Assembly: GCF_006345805.1 (NCBI RefSeq) | Contig: NW_021833541.1 | Span: 1 to 28,478, forward strand | Direction of reading: 5' to 3' | Source of the DNA: Octopus sinensis | Taxonomy: Eukaryota | DNA length: 28,478 bases | Shown: in pieces, positions 10,411-21,933 of the stretch | Numbering within the stretch: position 1 is the first letter of the stretch | How the letters are laid out: every line of letters starts with the position of its first letter | Made by a program: the position numbers and the translations under genes | The notes under the pieces: model-generated | What the model was told of the DNA's origin: nothing | The model's database searches: none | What the model saw: only the letters and a program-made list of their open reading frames with translations

Positions 10411-10537
10411 CCATAGATCTTTTTTTTGTAGATCATTTTTTTTTGTAGATTTTTTTGTAGATCTTTTTTTGTAGATCTTTTTTTTTTGTAGATTTTTTTT
10501 TTTGTAGATCTGTTTTTTTTTGTAGATCTTTTTTTTT
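10411..10537. repeat. Tandem array of (T)n-GTAGATC units, 8 copies
   Basis: TAGAT cores at about 10413, 10428, 10445, 10457, 10471, 10488, 10504 and 10522, separated by variable T-runs. Confidence 0.9.
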
Positions 10538-11167
10538 CTTGCTCGATGTGTATATGTCTGTATAAGTGTAAATGTTAGTATGTGCGTGTGAATAAGTAAA
10601 TTCGGTAATACTGAGATAGTCTCACACGGAATCTGGGATGTCAATCAGTAGAAATGTTTCAAGAATATATTTCCGTCCACGCCATTTTGATCTTCCATAG
10701 ATTTCATTAACATAATAAATCCAGACACCCTCCCCCTCCCTCAATGATGCAGTTGCCACCGCGTTGTACAAAACACATATATTAATATCACATCTTAATA
10801 TCACAGGCCCGCATATACGCATACACGCACGCATTTGATACATGCGCAGCTGATATACACCGCTGGTACTACACATACTCGTGTTTATGCGCACATATGC
10901 TTTGCTGATACCCAGCCTCACCCACACGTACACTCTCACTTCGCAAGCACGTACACACGCACCGTAGTACTGATGTCATGTACCTCCACCTACACACACG
11001 AACGCCCACAAATGCACACACACACACACATACACACACGCACATATAGCAGATAAATGTTCATATGCAACAGACATGTACATCCACGCTTTCATACACG
11101 TGTCATACACACACGCATATATGCATACACGCACCGGCCATCGATGACGCTTAAATTATTTCATTTA

Positions 11168-11585
11168 TCTATTTCTTTACTACCCACAAGGGGCTAAACA
11201 CAGAGAAGACAAACAAGGACAGACAAACGGATTAAGTTGATTATATCGACCCCAGTGCGTAACTGGTACTTTATTTAATCGACCCCGAAAGAATGAAAGG
11301 CAAAGTCGACCTCGGTGGAATTTGAACTCAGAACGTAACGGCAGACGAAATACCTATTTCTTTACTACTCACAAGGGGCTAAACATAGAGGGGACAAGCA
11401 AGGACAGACGAACGGATTAAGTCGATTACATCGACCCCAGTGCGTAACTGGTGCTTAATTTATCGACCCCGAAAGGATGAAAGGCAAAGTCGACCTCGGC
11501 GGAATTTGAACTCAGAACGTAACGGCAGACGAAATACCGCTAAGCCTTTCGCCCGGTGTGCTAACGATTCTGCCAGCTCGCCGCC
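11168..11585 (-). mobile_element. Family A SINE dimer: full copy (11354-11585) plus a headless body copy (11168-11353)
   Basis: Both units match 2077-2305; the junction reads GAAATAC|CTATTTC. Flanked by CTTAAATTATTTCATTTA (11150-11167) and CTTAAATTCTTTCATTTA (11585-11602), one mismatch. Confidence 0.92.
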
Positions 11586-11835
11586 TTAAATTCTTTCATT
11601 TACCATCCAGTCACGCGGTCCAAGAAATCCAGATTAGGATCTTTGAAGTCGCTGCTGCATTTCAAATCTATTTCCAGCCACACCAAACCATGCCCCATGA
11701 TCAATGCTATCCCACATTCCAGGGTCCGGCTTGGACTTTCTAGATCTCACCATTCGGGGACCAGAGCCTAGCGAGCTAGGTTCCTGCGCAGATCCGACGA
11801 AACTTTAAGCTGCTTGTAGCAGAATGGAACCATTT

Positions 11836-11992
11836 GATGTGATCGCAGAATTCCGAAAGCGCAGGTTACACGGGGCTGGACACGTTGCAAGGTTCACCGA
11901 CAACAGGTGGAGCCGAGCAGTTACCGAAATTGGAAGCCCACTGTGACGAGCGGTGCATAAGAGCGTCAGATGGTCTGGTCGACACCGACATA
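11836..11992 (+). mobile_element. 3' fragment of an RTE-clade LINE
   Basis: Reads DVIAEFRKRRLHGAGHVARFTDNRWSRAVTE, matching the RTE pattern K..WAGHVAR..DNRW...V.EW. Confidence 0.8.
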
Positions 11993-12106
11993 ATATGTTA
12001 TATACATACATGTATATATATATATATATATTCATATGCATATATATATACACATACACACATATAGAAAGAGAGAGGGGGGAGAAAGAATAGAAAACAT
12101 ATATAT

Positions 12107-12416
12107 GTGGAGGATCAATGGCCCAGTGGTTAGGACAGCAAACTCGCGGTCGTAGGATCGCGGTTTCGATTCCCAGACTGGGCATTGTGAATGTTTATTG
12201 AGCGAAAACACCTAAAGCTCCACGAGGCTCCGGCAGGGGATGGTGGCGATCCCTGCTGTACTCTTTCACCCGAACTTTCTCTCACTCTTTCTTCTGTTCG
12301 CCTGCTCGCTTAACCAGCGGGGTGGTGTCATTTGAAGGCTAAAACAATGCGAAGCGCATTGTGACCATCGATGTGTAGCAACATCTGACAGCCTGGGCGG
12401 TCACGTGATCACGTGA
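12107..12416 (+). mobile_element. tRNA-derived SINE, family B head with tail type 1
   Basis: A-box TGGCCCAGTGG, B-box-like GGTTTCGATTCC, tail ending CACGTGATCACGTGA; sits in a TA tract. Matches 21452-21763. Confidence 0.92.
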
Positions 12417-12419
12417 ATA

Positions 12420-12481
<62 letters not shown>

Positions 12482-12954
12482 TAGAGGGGTGAATGTAATG
12501 CTAGCCACATTAATTTCATTCTATAGATGACAGAGAAATCTCGCGACTAATTATGCTACATTAAACAACAAAACAAAAAACAAATCCTCCATTAATGTCA
12601 CACCATAATACCGCCATTTTTGCTAATTATGCAACACTGAATAATTAATCAATGTCACTAAATGATGCAAATATTTTTGCTAATTACGCCACAGAAAATA
12701 ATTAATCAATTTTGTTACATGTCACTATTTGTTAAATTATGTTACAACAAATCATTGATGGACGCTTGCTACATGTTGTTGTTTTAACTGAATAAATTGA
12801 ATTTTTCGACTAAAATGAACTGCTATCATCTTTGCTGCACATTCACATGCACATGATGTGCGTGTGTATGTGTGTGTGTGCTTGTGCGCGCCTGTGTGTG
12901 GGTGTTTAGATATATTACAATCATCATTGTTACTATGATTATTATAACGGTTAT

Positions 12955-12994
12955 TATTATTACATTTATTATTATTTTTTTTTTACTATTGTTG

Positions 12995-13045
<51 letters not shown>

Positions 13046-13072
13046 TATTATTATCATCATCATCATCATCAT
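12955..13072. repeat. (TTA)n/(CAT)n repeat
   Basis: Directly visible. Confidence 0.9.
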
Positions 13073-13284
13073 TCTCTCTTTATCTCAAGTTTTGTTGGAG
13101 CTCTTGGAATCTTGCACGCGTAGCAGGCTTACTACCTGCAGTCTTCGGTACCATGCTGTTTGTTCTTTTCAGCTAATACTTTTCTGATTATTCTGGCCGT
13201 GCCAAGGAGGCAAACCTTTCGTAACAGTTCTACTGGGCACTCTTTGTCCAATTATAGTTTTATCTGTTGATTTTGTTTTAATCT

Positions 13285-13336
13285 ATTCATTTACTTGTTT
13301 CAATCATTGGACTGTGGCCATGCTAGAGCACCGCCT
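13285..13336 (-). mobile_element. Short 3' tail fragment of family C SINE or its partner LINE
   Basis: TTTACTTGTTTCAATCATTGGACTGTGGCCATGCTAGAGCACCGCC is the reverse complement of the family C tail. Confidence 0.75.
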
Positions 13337-13634
13337 TGTTTACGATTTTCAAAAATTTCGGCTTACATTCGCTCCAATCATCTCTCTGGCGGTCGTGGCG
13401 AATACTAGATAAGCGGCCATATTGATGTGCTATGAGACAGCAAAATGAATATCTGTAAAAAAATATGTGGAGGCAGTTAAATATATCGAAACAAACATCC
13501 CCCTCATCATTGCCAGGGGAGGGGTGTGGGTGTTTAAATATTTCTAAATCTGGTATTGACATAAAACATACTCCAAACCTTTTCTCTGGGAATTCTGGGA
13601 AAGAAAATTTAGTCCGAGATGTTTACAACAAGCG

Positions 13635-14088
13635 ACAACAACAGCAGCGGCTGCAGCAGCCAAAATAGTAACCACCACCACCACCACCTACACTACCATC
13701 GCAACAACAACAACAACAACAACAACGACGACGACAACGATGACAAGTATAAATATTACTACTGCCGGCATTACTACCATCATTAATAAAGAAAAGATTA
13801 TGATTACTATCATCATCATCATCGTCATCGTCATCATCATCATCATCATCATCATCATCTAATGATAACAGTGCTGCTGCAGGTGCCGCTGCTGTTAATA
13901 GTATCGATTGTTTTCCTTTACTGGTCGCAAATACAAATAACGAATCAACAACACCGGAATAATAAAGAATAATTAATAACGATGTTAATGATGATGAGAA
14001 TGATGACGACGACGACGACAATGGCGATGATGATGATAACAAAAACAAACAATAATGTGTTCTTTATTAATAACATTATTATTATTAT

Positions 14089-14160
<72 letters not shown>
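13635..14160. repeat. Cluster of trinucleotide repeats (CAA, CAC, CAT, GAT, GAC, AGT)
   Basis: Directly visible. Confidence 0.88.
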
Positions 14161-14347
14161 AAGATTTGTTTTGTAATCTAGTAACGATTTAATAGTAATG
14201 AGTAATCAAATGATATGGGTAATTATAAATAATTGACATGGTGATAAAATAATGCGTTAGACACACATACACATATACACACACATGTACAGTATGTATA
14301 TAATGTACTAATATGTGTATATTTGTGTGTATATATACATATGTAAT

Positions 14348-14560
14348 AAGTATACACACACAAACTTATGTGTAAATATGTACACATATACATACCTAAT
14401 ATATGTATATACACACATATATATATACATATGTAGGTATATATAAATAAGTATACATACACAAACTTATGTATAAATATGTACACATATACATACCTAA
14501 TACATGTATATACACACATATATATACATACCTAATATATGCATATATACACACATATAT
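14348..14560. repeat. Degenerate tandem duplication (about 100-bp period) inside a TA/CA low-complexity tract
   Basis: ACAAACTTATGT.TAAATATGTACACATATACATACCTAATA occurs twice, with a partial third CATACCTAATAT. Confidence 0.75.
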
Positions 14561-15340
14561 ATATATATATACATATGCATATATGTACATGTATGTATGT
14601 ATCTTAATGTTAAAAGTGAGTGGGGGGAGGAAGACAGCAAAGATGAAACAGCGAGAGGGAGAGAGAGTGAGAGGACAACAGAGATATGAAGCAATATTTG
14701 AGAGAGAGAGAGTTGGAGGGGGGATGAGGGAAGAACAACGAGTATATATTAAGAGTGGTGAGAGTAAAAAATGGCGGTGTGATTACGTCTTCTATGGTCC
14801 TTTTTTTATACATTAGTGACCCACTTGTAGTTTCCAACCATACACAGGCACATCACACACACATACACGCATTTCAGATACACATGCACACACATTACAC
14901 ATGCATATACACATGTACACAAACACACACACACACACACATTCACACACATACCCGTATACAAATGGATAACACCCGTTGATAGACAATATAACAATGT
15001 GGTCCATTTTTCAACTTCAGAAATGCAATCACTGTTACCCACGAACTAACGTATACACTTGTGCATGTGTGTGTGTTTGTGTGTGGTGGAGTGTATCCTT
15101 TATTTCCTTTTTGTATTCCAGCCCAAAGTTTGCGTCCATGTTGGCGAATATATATACACATACACACTGCAAATTTAGGGTGAATATTTGATAAGTGTAA
15201 GCACCTGTGTACGCCAGATAGTGGCAGAGGTGAGAGAGAATATATCAAATAAAATCAAATACAGAACACAAAGGATATTGCGGTACACGTGTTTCAAGCT
15301 TTATAAACGACCTGTTCTTACATCAGTGTATAATTGATAC

Positions 15341-15626
15341 AAAAGATGGTTTAAAGCTCGCTTCAGCCGCAAAGATTGTTATTCCAAAGAGTTACATCAC
15401 ACTATAAAAAATATGAAAAGTACATGTAGTATTACCCATTATAATAGGTATGTCATATCTCCTTGAGAAATCGCATTTGTAAAATTTCGTAACTGTATAA
15501 CTGTATAAAGGTTCATTGGATTTCGAAAATCTGTCCATACTGTATCACCAGTCAACATTTATAGTGCGATGTAACTCTTTGGAATAACAATGTATGCGGC
15601 TGAAGAGAGCTTTAAAACCATCTTTT
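15341..15626. mobile_element. Fold-back, MITE-like element with terminal inverted repeats of about 68 bp
   Basis: 15341-15408 and 15558-15626 are inverted copies (about 4 substitutions and 1 indel) around a 149-bp core; TA lies next to both ends. Confidence 0.75.
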
Positions 15627-17115
15627 ATACACATACATATATATTAAATGATATAGTTATGGAGACTTACATTCAATACTTTAAGTTTTTGTATCCACAG
15701 ATGATCGATCATTGCACGTCTTCGTCTTTCGCAACGATCATCGAATTGTCGACAGAACCTTCGACTGAACAGACTATATTTCCACACAAGAGATTTATGG
15801 GTGTATTCCATACTTTGAATAGTTCCATCCACTCTGTGCCGAATAGATTAAACCGGCCAACAAATTTTTCATAATTTTTATGAATCCTTGTTTTTTTTGT
15901 AAAATTCACACAACAAACTTTGTGAGTTTGTTACCTCTTCATGAGTTGTTAATTCCTCGTAGAGTTTATTAATTCCTCGTGAATTGTTTAAATCCTCTTC
16001 GAGTTTATTAACTCTCCGTGGGTTGTTTACATCCTCGCTGCCACTGTTATATGTTTTCAATATTGGATTGTTATAACGCCCACTTCGGTGTACAGGACAC
16101 TTAGTAAAACCACTAAAGACACGACTATCCCTGACCACCCACTACGTACTCTGGTACTTCACGTACGTCTCTTTACTTATAGTGACTAGGTTATTCCATT
16201 CGTCACGTACCATTATTACTAATTCCCTTCAACAATTCCATTACTAAGCAAATATACCCGACCCTTTTTCTCCAGCAACAGATTTGACTGAAATCTGTTC
16301 CTTACTTACACTTTTCCGTCCCACCACTAATACATGGATTCTCAAATAAGACATTTTCTTTAAGGACCACAACCAGTAATAGTTTAAAATATAACTTTAT
16401 GTGAAATGGGTGCTGTTCCGCCTTATTAATAAACAAAAGAAACGAATAACAGTATCACTAATAAAGTTTGGCCATCGTAGCACTTTCAGCTCTGTAAGCC
16501 ACGGTTTGAGAATCTTTGTTTGATGAACAGGATGTATGACAAACGCTTCGTATGATCAATACTGAATGAAGTGATGAGAAATACGTTTGATAAAAAGTAT
16601 AGATTGAAAATCTTGATGTATGATAAATGTTATGTATGACAAACATGGAATGATGATCGCGAAATATGATACGTAGTCGTAACTGATAGAAAAATTTTCT
16701 GTGACAAACGGTGAGTATGACAAACATCTTGTATAACAGAAAAAATGTATGGCAAACACAGATAAACGTCAGGCACTTCGTTGTAGTTTAATGTCGACAT
16801 CTTCTACACAAGAAAATCTATTTATATCAAATTTCAACGAATAACAAGGTTTTCGATTACAAAAGAAAATCGTATCAGACATACATAAGATGCACACACT
16901 CACTTACCACACACAACCCACACACACACACACACACACACATACATATATATAATATATAATAATATATAATATATATACTATATATATTATATTAATA
17001 TATATATACATACATACACACATATACATATACATAAATACAAATATATGCGTAAATACGTATATAACAATATGTGCATACACACATACATGTATGTATG
17101 CATATATATTGTTAT

Positions 17116-17167
<52 letters not shown>

Positions 17168-17952
17168 ATATATATATATATATATATACATACATACATC
17201 ACATATGATAAAACTATTGTATGGTTTCATTTCATAAATTGAATATGTTCTGAAGTAAATGTAGGATACAGTTGAAGTTCTCTGTGTCTCTGTGATTCTG
17301 GATTTTCCCTCTAATTAAAAGAGACAGTCATAAATGTCAGCTGACGCCAGTGCAGCGTTCTTCACTGTTTGCTGTTCGTCCTAACAGATGGCGCCACAAC
17401 TAATATGTCACCCGATTTGACACAATCTGGTCCCAGCCGAGCTTACGGGTTGACTTTATTCTCTTGAAATCATTCGAACCCGTTTCTTGCACCCCGTCCC
17501 CCACCCACACTGCTCAAGTTCTTCCTTCAAACAGTCACATGATTATTTTCGCGAGGGGTGGTCACCACTGCTGTATAGTCCCCCAAGGACGTTTAAAATT
17601 ATTACGGATAAGAAATCAGAAAAAATGGGAACACTATGAAGTGGTCACTTCATTTTCTAGAAACAACAGCCAATAAAATCACAACCGGCCTTCTAAAACA
17701 AGAAACAATATATTTCAAGATTCAGTCTCTGACTTCATGAAATTGACGGGATGGTCGTGGCTGGTACAAACGACAACAACTTATAGTCACACTCATAAGC
17801 ATTGTCACCCCTATATATATGTGTGTATGCCTGGATGTACAGACGTATGAGTATGTGTACATAAATAATAATAATAAAATGACAATAAAAGAATGAGACC
17901 TCGGTATTACGTAATAGAAGACTTCATATATGTGTGTGTGTGTATTTGTGTG

Positions 17953-17992
<40 letters not shown>

Positions 17993-18053
17993 CATACATA
18001 CATAAATAGATAGATAGTAATATGAAGATATATATATGTATATGTATAGGTAG

Positions 18054-18267
18054 GTGGAGTCGCAATGGCCCAGTGGCTAGGGCAGCGGACTTGCGGTCGT
18101 AGGATCACGATTTCGGCCTTGTCACACTCTGTGTTATGCTGAATCTCCCCGAGAACTACGTTATGGGTACGCGTGTCTGTGGAATGCTCAGCCACTTGCA
18201 CGTTAATTTACGAGTTCCGTTGATCGGATCAGCTGGAATCCTCGTCGTCGTAACCGAAGGAGTGCCA
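18054..18267 (+). mobile_element. Family B SINE head fused to a different tail (type 2); internally deleted
   Basis: GTGGAGTCGCAATGGCCCAGTGGCTAGGGCAGCGGACTTGCGGTCGTAGGATC matches the B head up to the T-arm, then switches at TTTCGG to CCTTGTCACACTCTGTG...AACCGAAGGAGTGCCA. Confidence 0.8.
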
Positions 18268-18271
18268 TGAA

Positions 18272-18390
18272 TATAGGTAGGTGGGTAGGTAGGAAGGTAG
18301 TTAAGTAGGTAGGTAGGTATGTAGGTAAGTAGGAAGGTAGGTAGGCAGGTAGGCAGGTAGGTAGGAAGGTACGTACGTACGTACGTAGGT
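18272..18390. repeat. (GTAG)n compound tetranucleotide repeat ending in (GTAC)n
   Basis: Directly visible. Confidence 0.9.
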
Positions 18391-19142
18391 ATACAACCAA
18401 GACCTTGGATTAGTGAATTGGACAATCACGGCCTTCTATTTTTCAACTTTCTTCGCTTTTGAACGAACAATATATTTTGTAAGTCACTATGTTTAGGGTT
18501 GGACAACCAAGACATTGGTTAATGTCTCTTTTGCAGCCTTATCGCGTCCAAGGTTTTAGATTGGTATCTTTTTTTTTTTGATGTTGAGATGAGCAAGATT
18601 AAATTTTTGTTTTTTCTTTTGAGTGGAGGGTGGGGTGAAGTGTTTGGTAATTCCAAGATTTTGAATTAATGACTTTTTAACTTTAGGACAACCAAGAACA
18701 TGAGTACTTCTTTAGACTTGGCATGACAATGACCTTGGATTCGTGTGAAGCATGGAGTTGATCCTTTAATGGTTTGGGAAGCCACATCATGAAATTCTTT
18801 CGCCACTTTAGTTGTTCTGCTTGGCAGACTTAATACCAACAGCTAGCCGAGTAGTTTGGCTGATCATTCCCGTCCTGTGCTACAGACATAGTTTCCTGAT
18901 GATAACACAAGCTTCTAGGAAATAAGGCGTCGGTTCACACGGCTGTTGTTATTCCAAATTAATTCTTGAAAAGAAACTGTATTTTGGCACTGGTAGAATG
19001 GGTAAACGTGGAAATTTGGTTTGATGTTACCTGTACATTTCTCTATGTGTTCACTTAAAGGAATCTGCCTGTATTGCGGGAACCGGATCTGCTCTATCAA
19101 AATTCCTCCCTTTATGTTATATATATATATATATATACATAT

Positions 19143-19307
19143 GCAACAGGCTTCTTTCAGCTTCTGTCTACTTACAAAGTCCACTCACAAAACCCTGGCC
19201 TGCCTGGAGCTATAGTAGAAGACAGCTGCTCAAGGTGCGACGCAGTGGGACTGAACCTGGAGCCATGTGGTTGGAAAGCAGACTTTTTACCACACACACC
19301 TACGCCT
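19143..19307 (-). mobile_element. Family C SINE, 5' half, diverged
   Basis: Reverse complement AGGCGTAGGTGTGTGTGGTAAAAAG...CCACATGGCTCCAGGTTCAGTCCCACTGCGTCGCACCTTGAGCAGCTGTCTTCTACTATAGC...CTGAAAGAAGCCTG. Confidence 0.85.
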
Positions 19308-19876
19308 TCGCCTTCACACACACACACATATATGTATGTATGTGTGAATAAATATATATTACATGTGTGTATTTGTGATAGACAATGGCCAGGAAAAGGG
19401 AGAGAGAGAGAGAAAAGAAATGGATAGAGCGATCTATAGTGTTCTAGTATCTTCTACTCTCTGTGTACAGCTTCAAATCCTGTGATTTTCTGAGTCTGTT
19501 TCTGTCTACATGTATGTGGTCGCTTGTGAAACTGTGAAGGATGTTTGCTTTTGTGTATATATATATAATATATATATATAATATATATATATACGTGTGT
19601 GCGCGCTGTGTATTGTGTGCATATACGTGTCTAAGTGTCTTCGTATGCGATTGTATCAATCCTCATCTAAGTCTGTCTGTGCACACGCGTGTCTATGTAA
19701 TCTTTATATATTGGTTTATAACGGTCGCTATGTATATCTATGCATGTGTGAGTGTGTGCGCGTGCGTGACTGTTTTTGACTATGTCTGACTGTCTGAGTG
19801 ATACGTGCGTTGGTACCTTGTATACGAATGTGTGCATACGAATAAGTGCGTGCCTATGTATGTGTGTGTGTATGTA

Positions 19877-19920
<44 letters not shown>

Positions 19921-20580
19921 AGGTTATGTTCATTAAAAAGAATACTTTTTCTAAAGTCGTTTTCGGTGATTTGTTTAACAAGACGCTCCTTACGTGCTTC
20001 TCACGTCCAACAAATCACGGACACTTTGCTCATTACCTGATGAAGAAAAGGCGCAAATAATGTCGCTAAGTATGACCTGCTTCATTCCTGCATAATAGCA
20101 CAATGGTTTACCATTAAAGCATCTTCTAACACCCAGCGGAACGGCTTCCATCTACCCCCCCCCCCCCACTACACACACTCTTTCACTATATCGATGTTTA
20201 GTCGTCCTTTCCAGAATTACCAGCTCCAATCCGAAAATTACGTGGTCGACGACATTACACTTGTTCTTGCTCGAGTTATCTGCCCATGAATTTATTCTGT
20301 CTTTCCGCATCGTTGCTCGTTCTCCGTAAACATACTCAGGGAAACACACAAACATACGCATACACACACACACATACACACGCATACACACATACACACA
20401 CACACATTTACACATTTTATACCGGATATTTCTGTCGTCTATATAAACGTGTATTTGCATGAAAGCGAATATATATATTAAGGGAGGATATATCATATCT
20501 ATATATATTTACATACACGCATACACTCGTACAACACACACACACGCGCATATATATATATAGATATATTATATATATAT

Positions 20581-20619
<39 letters not shown>

Positions 20620-20779
20620 TATATACGTATATTCATACATATATATACATATATATATATATATGTATATATATACATATATATTCACGTATGTAATGTA
20701 TGTACATGAATATATATATATTATATATTATATATATATATATATATATGCATATCCATATATATATGTGTGTGTGGTG

Positions 20780-20812
<33 letters not shown>

Positions 20813-21318
20813 TGCGAGTGTGCGCGTGCATGTATGTAAATGTATATAAATTTTGTATAAAGCTATCGCCCCAGCATCCAGAGAATCGAGTGAGTCGTGT
20901 TGATTGCCATTTGCAATACACGTTTCTTATTTCGTTCTCTGAAGATTTCATTAATTCGATCCCGGAACGACCACTGAAAGTCTGCACAGTCGTTCGATCG
21001 GTTAGAAAAACATATATATATATATATTTATTGCACCGCGTCCATTGTCTCTTAAACAAAGGGGAATTCACCGACGCCATGCAGTCCCTTAAATGTAGCA
21101 AGATGGAAAAAGGTGACGTCTGGAATATCTTTCATCATCGGGCAGTCACGGTTTAAACAACAATTACGGGAATTACAATTTCGGTTTCGCTGCAGTATGC
21201 ATACTTCGAATTCACCAGTGAGTATAAAAGTGATTTACTGTGGTTCTTGAGCCGTTTCAACTCTTATTTCTAGCAATGTTGTGTACTATCTTACACCCTC
21301 ATTATGAATTTATATATA

Positions 21319-21358
<40 letters not shown>

Positions 21359-21451
21359 AGATAAATCAAATATAGAGATATTCAATTGACAATCCAATAA
21401 TTTATTTATATTACATTAAATACTATGAATATAATGTATAACATATTATAT

Positions 21452-21763
21452 CACCGTGATCACCGTGACCGACCAGGCTATCAGATGATGCTACACATCG
21501 CTGGTCACAATGCGCTTCGCATTGTTTTACCATTCAAATGGCGCCACCCCGCTGGCTAAGCGAGCAGGCCAACAGAAGAAAGAGTGAGAGAAAGTTGTGG
21601 TGAAAGAGTACAGCAGGGATCGCCACCACCCACTGCCGGAGCCTCGTGGAGCTTTTAGGTGTTTTCGCTCAATAAGCACTCACCACGCCCGATCTGGGAA
21701 TCGAAACCGCGATCCTACAACCGCGAGTTCGCTGCCCTAACCACTGGGCCATTGCGGCTCTAC
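21452..21763 (-). mobile_element. Family B SINE with tail type 1, full length
   Basis: Matches 12107-12416; tail (CACGGTGAT)2; perfect 14-bp TSD ATAACATATTATAT at 21438-21451 and 21764-21777. Confidence 0.93.
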
Positions 21764-21933
21764 ATAACATATTATATAATAAATAATTATTTAAAAAATA
21801 AATGTCCAAAAAATTGTTTCGACTTATATATATTTTTTCTGATATCCATAATCATAATTCCATTATATATACAGTCACTTCAGGGTCTTGGCTTTAGAAA
21901 AAGACGAAATTCCGTGTGAAAGGACGGCTGGAT

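Noticed and set aside
11590-11780. Possible additional LINE fragment next to the RTE piece
   Set aside because: No RT or endonuclease motif recognised in the frames I read.
12107-12185. tRNA gene (also SINE heads at 2230-2305, 4640-4713, 21690-21763)
   Set aside because: A and B boxes are present but no acceptor stem closes, and the sequence continues into a repeated SINE body.
13173-13220. Short candidate exons (also 20038-20088 on the minus strand, about 20875-20889, and from about 20224)
   Set aside because: Each has one weak splice signal and no recognisable peptide; such matches are expected by chance in 28 kb.
10680-14776. YY1-like CGCCATTTT motifs near 10680, 12612 and 14767
   Set aside because: Isolated short motifs with no promoter context.
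18893-18932. Hammerhead-like CTGATGA...GAAA
   Set aside because: No stem II can form between the two motifs; TTTCCT pairs with AGGAAA instead.
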